DNA from: Bugula neritina
Lineage: Eukaryota > Animalia > Bryozoa
Direction: 5' to 3'
Length of the DNA stretch: 64,000 nt
Assembly: GCA_964035545.1 (NCBI GenBank)
Contig: OZ037769.1
Location: forward strand, 2,604,001-2,668,000
This document shows, piece by piece, positions 12,601-24,619 of the stretch. The notes under the pieces were generated by a model. The model searched no databases and was not told the origin of the DNA. It saw only the letters and a program-made list of their open reading frames with translations. Each line of letters begins with the position of its first letter. Within the stretch, counting starts at the first letter, position 1. A program made the position numbers and the translations under genes.

Positions 12601-15600
12601 TTTTCAAGGCCTTCTTTCCTATAGAAACTTAAATTTAATTCATGCTTTTACATTGGGGACCTGACTACTTCACTTCCTGTAGTCGGACAATTGTTTAGGT
12701 TACATCACTTGAACCATTTGCTTTTTCAAGGCCATTCTAATAAACTAAGGTAAGTATGAAGATAGACTTAAGGCTACTCTGCACTTGGTAATATAGACAG
12801 CTGTTGAAACGACTCACTACCCAACTGGGTCATGCTGGGCAACTCTCTATACGGCAATCTGCAAGTAGAAGTTGTGCTACCAAAACCAAAGGTTTTCTGT
12901 CGCCTGTTGCTTTGCTTTGGGGTTCACATTTAAGTGCAGTGGTGGAGAAATTGAGATAGCCTAAGTTCTAAAGTCTTAATAGTTATCGGGAGAACATAGC
13001 TTTACCTGCTATGTTTTCTTTTCTGGAGGCTTTTCCGAATTTCTCCATTAATGCGCTTAACTCAGGATTTACATAATCCAGGCCGTGTGATGTTTTTACA
13101 CTGCATTAATATTTTATAAAGTTATTAATATTTTAAAAATTATCATATATGGAGGCAAAAAATGACATTTAGTTATAATTTAACTTCCCATAATATATTT
13201 GACCATCGCCCTTGTTTCACCCTTTCAATATGAATTGTCTTTCACACACATATCTTTCTGTCAGTTAATCTCATGACATGTAATGATATAAACAATTATT
13301 GGATGCCAAATACTTCCAATAGGGTTTCTGTCAAAGGTTTTACGCAGACAATTGGCTACTGGTATGTTGACGTCTTATATGTGGGCTGTAGTTTTTGAGG
13401 GGTTAAAGGTTCAGGGGTTCCACCCTTACATTACAGTAGAAATGCAGCTTACGCCTACTCTTTGTCACCATGACTCAAATTAAAGTTTTTATTTATTCAA
13501 ACTGAGGTATTGCTATCAGTTGTTCATATCACGATGTAATGCATCTTCTCGTATCATCTGACACCCTGTTGACCTATAGTCATCAATGTATTGGTTGGTG
13601 TCATACCCCCTATTCACACTTACCGTATCGGTAACAGCAAATATTAGCCATTTTTAATGTGTCCTTGCTGAAGGTTTCAAAGTCCGCTATTAGGTACGAT
13701 CTATGACACTTCATTGGACAATTATATCTAATGAATTAACGCAAAAGTTTTTCTGTCCAATAGGAGTCCGCCGCAACTTATTTGAATCAAGCAGTGCTTG
13801 ATCCTACCGTACCGCAACAGGAAGCTCAGACATTTGAAAAAATGGCTGATATTTGCTGTTACGGCGTACGATACGGTAAGTGTGAATAGGGGGATACAGT
13901 TGACTGGAACAGTTTTTTGTTACAGCTTTTTTGTATTTTGGCTTTTTTCCCTTTGGCGTTTGGCACTGAGGTTGGAATTATATGGAGGTTTCATTAACTA
14001 AACTTTCAGGATATCCTGCTATGCTAATGAATGGCCTTGTCAGTGGTCAATTAGCATTGATAGCCAGTCTCACATTGGTTTGCTGGTTGGTAGAGGTTGG
14101 GAAGGTCATATGACTCTGTTCAAGGTGATCTCTACACCATCAGTGCTGTTATAATCACACTATAAATGAGTGTAACTATTGCCTATATGCTTACATGCTT
14201 ACATACATGTAATAGAGATTATTTTCGTATTTTTATCCTCAAAACTGAATATGGAGTTGTGTGAATAAATTATCTAGGTCATGTATTAGTTACAGCTACT
14301 ACTCCATTCTTCAATTAAACAGTTAATGAAACATTTTTCACAAAAGTTTCCAACGATATTATTGATAAAAGTAGTTTATCTGGTTACCCTGGTTTCCTGT
14401 AGTTACTATGGTAACCCTTGTTTTCTGTAGTTACCATGGTAACCCTTGTTTAATGTAGTTGCCATGGTAACCCTTGTTTCCTGTAGTTACTGTGGTTATC
14501 TGCAAATATCAGGATGGTTATCTGATGCTGTTCATTATCTAGTGACTAATACATATTTTTGTGTAGGTTCTTATCTTATAGGTAGCTAATAAACAGTAAG
14601 TGAACACTTTTTTCTATTACAGACTAAGGCTGATAAATTTTTCTATGTATGTAAATAGGGTGGAAATAGCTACATGAATAACTTTTCACTATAAAAGTTT
14701 AAAGTTTCTACACCAACCAGATGATTGTAATATACTATATGGTTGTAATATACTATATGATTGTAATATACTATATGATTGTAATGTACTATATGATTGT
14801 AATATACTATATGATTGTAATGTACTATATAATTGTAATGTACTATATGATTGTAATATACTATATGATTGTAATATACTATATGATTGTAATATACTAT
14901 ATGATTGTAATGTACTATATTATTGTAATGGACTACATGTATATGATTGTAATATATATCTTTAGACTTGGAGGAGCTGAAGTAGATGTAAGAAAGAACA
15001 ATGCAGTGAGAGGTGAGGTGAAGCTGTTACATCATAACGAATAAATGTAGTACTGAGTGCAAATAGTTTCCATTGATAAAATACTTGGAATTCCATTCAT
15101 AAAGGATGTCTCATTCGTGAACAGGAAACTGGAGTGTTCCTGATAATATTTAGTTTCTTTATTTAAGGATAACTTTTCCATTATTCACACTACATTACTT
15201 TATCTGCTCTGCTATTTAAGGAATGTAAACTAAGTGACTGGTAAACTGTTAAGTATTTCATATGAATATATCAGTTCAGTGTAGGTGTGTATATCTAAGA
15301 TAACTTGTAGCCTATCAAATTTACTCACTCATCAACTATTCAAGGCCATCTGGTATTATACTCAGACACTCATTATACTATAACTTTTTTCTTGCAGTTC
15401 TGTGTTTGTGTTTTCTGTCCATCTTTTTGCCACTTACCAAATGTGTTATCTAGAGACTAAGATAGTTCAATAGTCTAGATATTTCAGTAACCCAAGTTCT
15501 TCAATTTTCTTAATATAATGTAGGTTTAAATTCGTATGAAAATATAATTACATTTCTCATCGAAAACACTGACTTCTCTCCAACACTGCCCTATATTTCA

Positions 15601-16096
15601 ACTGATGGTTGTTGTGTTGTTTAAAATATAAAAGATTGCATCTCTGTGTTGTAACCTAAGAAACAGTACATGCATTGAAAGGTTAACAAAACATGAATGA
15701 ATATAAACTTATCTTAGTTACACAGTTTTTATTATAGTTGCTGAACTCTATCCAAACAGCATAATATAATATGATTGGTTTATGTAAACAAACTTCATTC
15801 ATAAGTTATTGCGTCATTAGCAGCATTGTGTACAATAGTGAATAGCTTTTGTAGTGAGCAAAACATTTGAATAACACAATAAATACATTATTTGCTATCA
15901 CTAGGTGGGCAGTATATTGTTATTGCAATTGTTATACTATTATTTTATTATAATATATTAATAGACTAAGGTTCTATAAAATGGGGTGATGTCTTTCTGT
16001 ACTACATAGCCTAAAATCCTAAACATTACTAAATAATTTAAACTCTCCTTTGCTTTTATTATATACAAACCTTGAAACAACCTTGTACACAAATTG

Positions 16097-16131
<35 letters not shown>

Positions 16132-17979
16132 TATTATAATGATCAATTCTTACAGGCTCAAAAACAACACTGGATGCTCATTCTATATACAGTAACGCTG
16201 GAATAGAGACGTTCTACAGAAGCCATGCTACTCAGTTCGGTATTGAATCTAGAAGTTCTGGCCCTGCAAATCTCATAGCCCTGGTAACGCAGCTCTTTTC
16301 TTTATACTAATTACCTCTATCCATATCCCTATAGTTTAAGGGTGCATCTTCAAGTCTAAATAATAACAAGAGATCTGTGCTGGGTTTTCATGGCTGGAAA
16401 GTTTACAAAAAAAGTAATTCTTACAGCAAAAAAAACATCTGTGTTGATAATAAAGCAGCGTCAAAGTAGCATGTTTTCTTTTTTAAAACACTTCTGGACA
16501 AAATTAGATTTGTAAACAGGCTGGTGGTTCAGTTTATATCATCAGTTAAGACTTGTAAGTTTGAAAAAAACTTATTCATTAGACATTTCTAAAACTGTGC
16601 CTTTGCTAACAGAATATTCTGCTCTCCTATAATGCATTGTTAGTTATTAATCTATAGTCAGCAATATTAAGCATTGAATCAGGCCACTAAACAGGCCACA
16701 AATCAGGCCACATATCATACCACAATACTATAACACAATAATACTGTATTTATAGTGCGTCACTGCAGCTATGTAGATTTGTTTATAAATGTTTACGGAT
16801 AACCAGTGTTTAAACAAATGATTATGGTTTAGCCTCAAAGCCCAAATGATTATAACTATTCAAACATTGCTGAGTATAATAGTCGCTGTTTTAAAAATTT
16901 GCCTAATTTAAATATTAAATTAATTTACTTCTTTGAAATAGTATTAAAATTTATTGTTGGCTGAAAAACTGGTAAAATATTGTTTTCAGAGCTTTTAATT
17001 AGGATTTCACCGAATTCTATTCGAATATTTTTAACCTGGCCTTTATTTTACTGTGCTATATATAGGCCCCATCTGCTATGCACCTTAATAAAAAGATAAA
17101 TCCATTAAATGCTTAAACTTTAAAATTATAGTTTTTTTTAGAAATTTTGTTGTTGTAAATGAACTTTCTATGAATGTAGTTTCTATAGTGTAATTTGTTG
17201 CTATCAATCTCTACCACAGTTGTACGGTTTTCAATTACAATGCTTTGCTTAAATCCACATTATTTAATAATGTTAATATACCAAACTACAGGGGTGTAGT
17301 ATGAGTACAGGGGTGTAGTAGGAGTATACAAGGGGTGTAGTATGAGTACAGGGGGTGTAGAATCTTTGTAGAGCAAGCTTAGACACATGTCCAACAGACT
17401 TGTGAATATTCCACACTTGTTTATGGAGAGCTCCTTGTTCCATAGTAAAAAACACAGAGAAATAGGTTGGTTTATAATAATAATTACACTAGATGTATCA
17501 ATAATATTATTATTATTGATACATCTAGTATAATATTACTGTATATTATTCATGTTATTATTAATACTGCCAGAATTTAATAACCTTACCATGTGGTAAC
17601 ATGTGGTAGATTAATTTATTTGTTACATATCACAGACATAAAAACACGTTGCGAAATTCAGTGTAAATACTGGCTATAATAAGCAAACATAAGCAAAAAT
17701 AAAGAAAGAAAAAAAGTCAGAACTCTGTTGGATTATTTAAAATAAAACATCATTTAAAGTATTTACAAGGTGTTGTAAGAGCTATCTCTGGCCCATGCCC
17801 CTTTACATTTAGTAGTACCTTCGCTTTGAGTTTTACTTTATTTTAATATATCTTACCCACAATTCTCTGGTTCCTGAAATGTATTATAATTTTGTTTTAT
17901 TTTAGTTCAGGTGTTTAAAGGCAACCATTTGAAGATTTGGCAGTTCGACTTCTCAACTTCAAGCCATTCTATCGTGTGA
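4629..17979 (+). CDS. EF-hand calcium-binding domain protein with uncharacterised C-terminal region (about 424 aa, 13 exons)
   Basis: Phase-consistent exons 4629-4736 (least certain), 5726-5806, 6172-6219, 7484-7579, 11531-11744, 12073-12188, 12281-12468, 12699-12749, 14010-14124, 14582-14595, 14966-15012, 16156-16283, 17911-17979. Contains the helix-loop-helix pair LLLALFAVANGHAQESDVSEKELHLIF..QCRKFIAEVDVDDDMSLGLYDFLAVL with an EF loop DVDDDMSLGLYD. Confidence 0.7.
5928..6002 (-). mobile_element. Degenerate tRNA-derived SINE-like fragment
   Basis: caggatccctttttgacaccacc..gggactccaacccatgac resembles the fragment at 25447-25520; decayed B-box on the minus strand. Confidence 0.3.
6522..6622. 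repeat. Imperfect inverted repeat / hairpin (about 49-bp arms)
   Basis: gcaaacatctacactcctactactcaacttcat..atgaagttgagtagtaggagtggagatgtttgc. Confidence 0.85.
7684..9383. mobile_element. Non-autonomous Mutator/Foldback-like DNA transposon with about 430-bp TIRs
   Basis: 7684-~8110 is the reverse complement of ~8925-9383; both ends carry 16-bp tandem repeats (tccgaaggtccattag, 4 left and 5 right); perfect 9-bp TSD gagtcactt at 7675-7683 and 9384-9392; G-starting termini; no transposase ORF. Confidence 0.9.
9487..9533 (+). ncRNA. Minimal type I hammerhead ribozyme
   Basis: Stem I TCTGTG(9487-92)/CACAGA(9528-33); core CTGATGA(9493-99); stem II GGGG-acaaa-CCCC; GAA(9513-15); stem III ACAG-ccg-CTGT; cleavage triplet GTC (C9527). 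All catalytic core nucleotides are intact. Confidence 0.85.
9540..9603. repeat. (TA)n microsatellite
   Basis: About 32 TA units directly after the hammerhead. Confidence 0.98.
10826..10975. mobile_element. About 150-bp MITE (TA-flanked, TIR GGTGCAGT..ACTGCACC), multi-copy family
   Basis: taggtgcagtggtggagaa..ttctctgttactgcaccta; related copies near 5070, 7230, 12931, 15480, 20685, 33890, 35460, 35680 share gaaatt(g/t)a(a)tagcc(c)aagttct. Confidence 0.75.
11337..11500. repeat. AT-rich low-complexity minisatellite
   Basis: Repeats of tatatattatagta / tatattcta. Confidence 0.85.
11790..12070. repeat. Degenerate minisatellite (atactct/atactat) filling most of an intron
   Basis: Repeats run up to the acceptor at 12072; source of the spurious Y/I/L-rich ORFs. 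Confidence 0.9.
12457..12597 (+). repeat. Tandem repeat (about 30-40 bp) duplicating the exon end and splice donor ccag|gtgtgt
   Basis: ccaggtgtgtata recurs at 12465, 12495 and 12537. Confidence 0.85.
12931..13060. mobile_element. MITE copy (same family as 10826)
   Basis: taagtgcagtggtggagaaatt..aatttctccattaatgcgctta. Confidence 0.7.
13606..13893. mobile_element. 288-bp MITE, PIF/Harbinger-like (3-bp TSD)
   Basis: TIR ccccctattcacacttaccgtatcg / cgatacggtaagtgtgaataggggg, extending imperfectly to about 50 bp; ATA on both sides (13603-05, 13894-96). Confidence 0.85.
14382..14497. repeat. 28-bp minisatellite, about 4 copies
   Basis: ggtaacccttgtttcctgtagttaccat units. Confidence 0.9.
14721..14957. 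repeat. 18-bp minisatellite, about 13 copies, ending at a splice acceptor
   Basis: atgattgtaatatactat units; source of the spurious MIVIYY ORF. Confidence 0.95.
16065..16132 (+). repeat. Decayed 3' half of the 9487 hammerhead repeat plus (TA)n
   Basis: acaaaccttgaaacaaccttgtacacaaattga(ta)n aligns with acaaaccccgaaacagccgctgtccacagattgagg(ta)n at 9504-9560. Confidence 0.65.
17287..17360. repeat. 19-20-bp minisatellite, 4 copies
   Basis: tacaggggtgtagtatgag units. Confidence 0.9.
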
Positions 17980-19229
17980 GCCCAGACAATCCTGTAAAAT
18001 GTATAGTTATTGGCTATATCATACAAAGATTTCTATTGGTGGAAAGCCTCAAAAACATTTCTCTCAAATTTAAGAAGGAAACACTAGTAGTGCTTATTTT
18101 TATGGTGCTACTATGTGATGGTATTCTTCAATTCAATGCTCATCAGTTTGATAGATAATTGGTGTGATTTATTTATTTAGTAGCTTTTGCAAATCTATCT
18201 ATTTAATAAAACTCTTTCACAAGTGACCTTGGCTTTTACACCTTCCTGTTTGCAATAATATAACAAATAATAAAGTAACTATAACGAATGATATTATAGT
18301 AACTGAAAAAATATCTTTAAAAATCATTTCCTGGCTTCATGTTTTTATTTAAATACGTTCTCTATACAATCTTCATATATGTATGCTGTGAAGCTCTAGT
18401 TTACGATTTGAGGAGCAAACTTCATTAAACAGGAAAAAACATGAAGAAACCTTTTCTCTCATCAAGGTGTTATATTGTTATCTAAAATATTCTGCTAGTT
18501 GTGGTGCTCAACCATAAAACTGACATCACAATCAATGATTGGCTTTATTTACTGGTTACTTACAATATAAATAATACAGATTATGTTATAATTATGCTTA
18601 TTTATTATTGTTCTGATGTAAAACCTTTGTCTCAATTAGTGAACATAAGATCCATAAAAATTAATATTCAAACATGGGTGGTCCTAATAATGATCTCATC
18701 AGCTAGTTGTGAAGATGTAAGGATGTTCTATTAACCTACAATGTGAAAAATATGTTCAAGGTGATTGAATTGCACTAACCTTTGGTTGGATCAACACTCA
18801 AAATGTACAATATGCAAATAATGCACAATGCATGTTCTAAACTCTGAAGTCTATAAGCAGAGGTGTAAATGACCACATTTTATGTATTTTCGAAATTGCC
18901 TCTGATTTAATTTAATTTTCTACTTGGCAAACTTAAACATCAATAATTTGCCCAACAGTTATTTATTTAAAGTGTTGCACACCCAAAGTTCAAGGCAATT
19001 ATCTAAAGTTGTTCAATTTTGTCAGATTACCTAGCTTGTTACTCCGATACTGATGGTAATGGGCAGCGGGTAGGTTATTTATCCAAGGATGGGGCTCAGT
19101 TGTGAACCGTGCACATAACTAGTTTAGTTGGCAATCTTATTTTTACTCAAAAAATAGCTTTGGCCTTTGTAGATAGGTGGAGTAAATATTATATGCAATC
19201 AAATTTCTCACATGTAGCATTCACATAAG

Positions 19230-19593
19230 AGAAGGCAACTGCGCAAGATCAGAATACACGCGAAGAAGACCCTCCAATCACGGCCAAACGCCATTGAACT
19301 TATAGTTTTAGTTCATTGGCCACGCCTACTACTCAAACGCACGTTTGAGTAAACGCTAATAGTAATAGTAATACCAATTCATGTGATCGGCCACGTTTCA
19401 TCATTATGATTGTTTGAATCATCCATTGGCCATTGCTATTTTATTTTATAGCTACATGATGGAAAAATTGAGAATAACAACAATGATTTTTAAGCCTTGC
19501 TTTTTCTGTGAAGGGACATTCGCCGTCACTATTGATATTGTTCCCGTCGCTCTTTTTATAAAATTCTTTGTTCGGGGTGATTCCCAGACGAAG
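19230..19593 (+). promoter_or_regulatory. Candidate promoter and first (leader) exon of CREBRF-like paralogue 1
   Basis: Locally CpG-richer region with CCAAT/ATTGG boxes and two AT(T/C)GGCCACG motifs, followed by a strong donor aag|gtaagt at 19593. Confidence 0.55.
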
Positions 19594-19635
19594 GTAAGTC
19601 AATTTCATTGTGATTTATGACTATCACTATGTGAC

Positions 19636-19923
19636 ATATTATTTATATATTTTTTATTATCAACATTATATTTATTGTCAGTCATTCTCATTGTCATGGT
19701 CACTACCATTACCATAGTATGTCTATGGTAATTATCAAGTATAACGTTAACTACAGGACTATTAGTATAAGTAAAGTAAAAGTAGTATTTATAATTTAGA
19801 ATTAGTCTTGTATTAATATTAACTTTTTAACTTTCGGTCTCAATTGCAATGGTAGTGACCATGACAATGAGAATGACTGACAATAAATATAATGTTGATA
19901 ATAAAAAAATATATAAATAATAT
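19636..19923. repeat. Near-perfect inverted repeat, about 75-bp arms, 137-bp spacer
   Basis: 19636-19710 is the reverse complement of 19848-19923 apart from one indel in a homopolymer run. Confidence 0.92.
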
Positions 19924-20589
19924 TATTTAATATAAATATTAATACTAATAATAATATTCATACTAGACCTAGTACTTAATACTAATATTAAATGTAGTAC
20001 TGCTTGCTAGCAGTGATGCTGACAGTAATACTAATTCAGTAATTGGCAATTTGTAATACTAATATTTATATTGATAGTTATAGTGACCTAAATTTTAAAG
20101 ACAATGTTTGCTAATTATTAATTGAGTTTTACTATTAAGTTTCAATTAGGCATAAAATAAGATTATATATAATTTTTCATTTTTTTCAAGGCCAGTAGTA
20201 GTACTAGTACAGTGAGTAGTAGGATTAATAGTAGCCTATATCAAATGATAAATTTACATAGAAATAGTGTTTACTTATAAATAGTAGTATCATAATTCTA
20301 TCTGTATAAAAATTTTAATAGCCCGAGTTTTTATACTTGTAATTATAGTAATAAATAAGTTGGTAAACATTTACACTGACTGGTATTATGTAAAATGGAT
20401 CTCAAAGCATGATTAATTACAATTTAATTGTATTTACAGTAGTAAAGCCACATTAACTAACGCTAGTAGCAATACTAATAATACTAATAATAAATATCAA
20501 GAGTAATGTAATCATGGAATATTTTTGAATTTTAGGAGTGTATGTTATTGGAATTTTCTGTGTTTCCTTTCCAAGTTCATTAAAGCACG

Positions 20590-23500
20590 ATGCCATCTCC
20601 TCCACACTATTCACAGGTAATTGATTTAATCAAGATGTTCAATGTCAGTTCTAAAAGTCACTATTTTAAGAGTCACTCCATTTAAGAGCTGTAGCGAAAA
20701 AATTGAAATAGCCCAAGTTCTTTAATTTAACAAATGTTTAGTAAGGTATGCTTTGACATATAAAATGTGAATTCTAATTGGTTTAATTTATGGTTCATAT
20801 TTTGAAACCTTTTTTTTCAGTAAAAGCTCCAAACGCCAAAATTTAAGGGCTCCTTTCATTATTTTCCTATCTTTTTGAAGGAATATGTGATATATTTCTT
20901 TAATCAATTCATTATCTCACTTCTATGTTTTTTTCAGTTGGTTATTACTGATATATTTGCCATAGCTTGAGTAAATAGTTCCAGAATTGAGGAGATAACT
21001 CCTAAAGTAACAAATTTTACTTACCTATCTAATTTTTCTAATTATCATAATAAACATCTACCAATACTTTGTAGAACAACTTTATATAATATTCATGATT
21101 TCATAACATAATTGTTTGGTATTCAGTATTCACAGGTATTATCGCAGTTGTAATACAATCAATACCTCACTTGTGTATATGTAAATAATTTCACTGGTGA
21201 GAAAATATTATAGTAGGATGTTGGAGAAATTTTGCTGCATTATAATTCATACACCATTAACAAGTAGAAAGTAGTTGCAGTATTAAAACAAAATTAATTA
21301 TTTTAATAATTGCAATTTATAAATCTTGTTTTCAGTGAATCAATGCATAAACTCTCTGAGTTGTTTAAACTTGAAAAAAGTGTTTCAATTATTCATTTCA
21401 TAGTTTTAAATGTTTTAGCCCTTACCGCTGAATTAAATGCTGTGTGGAATAAAGCCAATTTTGCTTAGGCCGACTAGAGGCCAATGGCTACTAAATCTTT
21501 GTAAATCAACACCGTGCAGTTTGGCGAAGACTTAGTCATCTTTTGTCATGTTTTAGCTCTCATTTATTGCTTCTTCAAACGGACCAGTGAAGTGTGAGCA
21601 TGCTTCAACTAGATCAAACGGAGTGCTACACTCACACCACCTCGATATAGCACCGGATGAAGCGTTCGAGATGGTTGACGAAGTATTAGCTGCCAATTTC
21701 CCTGATGATCATGTTGTCCCTTTGAGTCTCCCGAATGGCGTCGTTAAGGAAGAGGCCCACGGGGCGGCCTCTTACACCACCCCGTGTTCAGTTTCTCCTC
21801 TTCATGTCTACACAAAGCCTAGTGACCTTATCAATTCGATTTCGTCTGAGGAGGAAGAGAACTTCCCTTTAGTGACCGCCCACTACGCCTCCGATTCTAA
21901 CCAACAGTCCGGTACGTTCCTTTCAAGCCAGTCTTTGAAATAGAAATTATATATCAACTTAATAATGTTCACATATTTGATTTTTTGTTTGAAGCCACAA
22001 ATCTTTGTTTAAGATCTTAAACCAGTAAAATTTGCACTTTTCTTTGATTAAACTTTGAATGACAAAAAGAAAAGCAATTGCCACATTGCTTTTTGCTTTG
22101 AAGTGAAGTGAACTTGCTCAAACAACCTGGTTGCTTTGGTTACTATACTCTCACTCAGTAAAATAATGGAGTAACTCTTTTTACTGTATGTATGATGTTT
22201 ACCCAGTTATATGATTACACCTATTTTATTTTATTGATATGATTATTAGTGAATGAATCACTATGATAATATACAGAGCATGTAATTGCTGTCATATAAT
22301 ACATAAAACGGTAAATTAGTATGTTTGATGCTGACACATCATCAAAAAATGTTGTGGGCTGTAAATACTCCAACATGTTTGATATTCTGGAGTGATTCAA
22401 ATAATTTATTAGCTTAAAGCAAATCACTAGTTTGATGACTCATATATGGTTACACCTGAATACAGATAGCGAAGACGAAGACACGGTATTATTGCCCGCA
22501 ACAATAGATTCCGACGATAACGAAATACCTGTCAACTCTACGGACCACAACAGTTTCTGGTTGTACAAGAAGCAGCAGAAAGGCCCTAAACCCCGTCACC
22601 ACTACAAGCTCAACGCATCTCATCCTACGCACGACCCTCACTCCCCCATCACGTTTAAGGACCCGGTATTTGATAAATCTCAAAAGTTGGATGTGCGTCA
22701 CTTTGGCAAAGCGAGACTAGGTGAAGCAAATGACGTCACACCTAATCCGGAGAAACTGTGTCGTTTGGGAAAAGATATTGAAAGGATACAGAGGGAGTTG
22801 TCAGATCTTACTGATGAAATGAGGAAAGAGAAAATGAAACTATCTTCAAGGTGTGGTAGTTGTCTTACCATCGTTATAACTAGTACAGTGTTGATACAAA
22901 TATTGTAATGAGCCAACAGTTTTATGGTCCAACTACATAACTCTGTAATATAATTTAGTTAGTAATATAATTTTGTAATATAATTTGATCAGTAATATGA
23001 CAACTAGCCAACTAAAAATAATATTGAAAATTATATCCTTACAACTTGCAAATTTGAATGCTTATGCAAAAAAATTATTGCTTTGTCATCATTTGCTTAA
23101 GAATTTTGTTATATCATATGATTAAAGTAATGTGACTATATTTAAGCTAGTCTAGAACATTCTAATTCTCTTGATTGAATGCTTTATTAACTTGATATAG
23201 AAGATTAATAATGTTATCAATGCTTCACTGCTTGGCATCATGTTTCATCATCTGATTACTTGGGTTTTCCCCACACAGTCGCTACTATAATGAATAGCAC
23301 GTGGCTTTGAATGAGTTGGAATTCTACTCATTGCATAAGCTTATGTCAACTTATAGTCCCTTTCAAATACAATCCATCGTAATAGTTACAATAGAATTTA
23401 ATCTAAAGATACTGTTGATACTGCCTTGGAATTTCTCAAAATTAGCTCCCAAAAGTAGTATATGTACTATTTGTGGTAATTTTATTAAGTTTTAATTTAG

Positions 23501-24619
23501 AAATGTCAAGTTCTGATTGCCTGGCTTATTGTAGGTTGTGCAGAATGAAGAGAAGTGCTAATCATGAAGCTAATAAAATAAAACTAGCTGGACTGGAGCA
23601 GGAAAGAGGTATGTTGAGTTCTGCATAATATATTCATGTTGTGAAAGAGTCCATATCCTCTAACTTTCTAAAAATATTAAGTAACCTGTGCTGTGTTGTG
23701 TTCATAACGGACGAGGGGAAACAACTCTTTCCTGAGCATGCTCTAAAGGAAATAATCGTGAATCATATATGCTATCTGTATAGGAAATAGGGAATAAATA
23801 TTATCTAAAGGAAATGGTGAATATCACCTTTCAATGCATTTATAGTGAACTTGTTTATGATAAGTGAATCAAGTAAGCAATTGCAATCTATGTGTTCAGT
23901 ATTGTCACATCTGTTATGTTTTCATCTTTCATGTATGTATTTTTCCATATGTTTTTATTTTACTCAAATATGTATTTATATATATATATATATATATATA
24001 TTATATTTAAACATGTATATTGTATTTTTTTATTTATATAGTTTGTTTATATCTATATTTATCTATATATTATTTATACATTTACATTATATGTATATAT
24101 TTTGATTACATTTATATGTTTGTATTACATCTATAGCCTATATTTCTCACTTATATATTTATATTATATGTATTATATTATTTTTAAATATTTATAATAT
24201 AGGTATCTATTTATATTTTATATAATAGTAATATAATATTCATATACTTGTATTATATTATGTATTGTAATATATTTATACCCGTACTCTATGTATATAT
24301 TTATAATATATGTATTATATTTGTATTATGTGTTTTATATTATATGTATTATATTTCTATTTCACCAGAAGAATTAAGCTCTGTCATCAGGTCGATACAG
24401 GAAATGAAATCTCAGAAATCAACTTCTTCCAGTTTACAGTTTCACGTGCAGCGACTCAGGAAGCAGATGCTGAAGACCAAGGTCGCCGGAAGGTCAAGCA
24501 CATACGTAAATGAAACCCTGGAGAATACAAACCTCGATTACTATAATCACTCTGACTATGACTGTAAGTTAGAGTTTATAGTCCTGAAATTAAAGTGGAA
24601 ATGTACGGTCTGTGTGTGA
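20590..24619 (+). CDS. CREBRF: CREB3 regulatory factor / REPTOR-like bZIP protein, paralogue 1 (about 363 aa)
   Basis: Exons 20590-20616, 21557-21911, 22466-22850, 23535-23608, 24369-24619. Family motifs: [89 protein letters not shown] (compare CREBRF [30 protein letters not shown] and VAGQTSEFVNQVLE, from memory). The last exon may splice again at 24563. Confidence 0.9.
23960..24360. repeat. (TA)n and AT-rich low-complexity intronic tract
   Basis: Visible TA run at about 23977-24000 and degenerate continuation. Confidence 0.85.
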
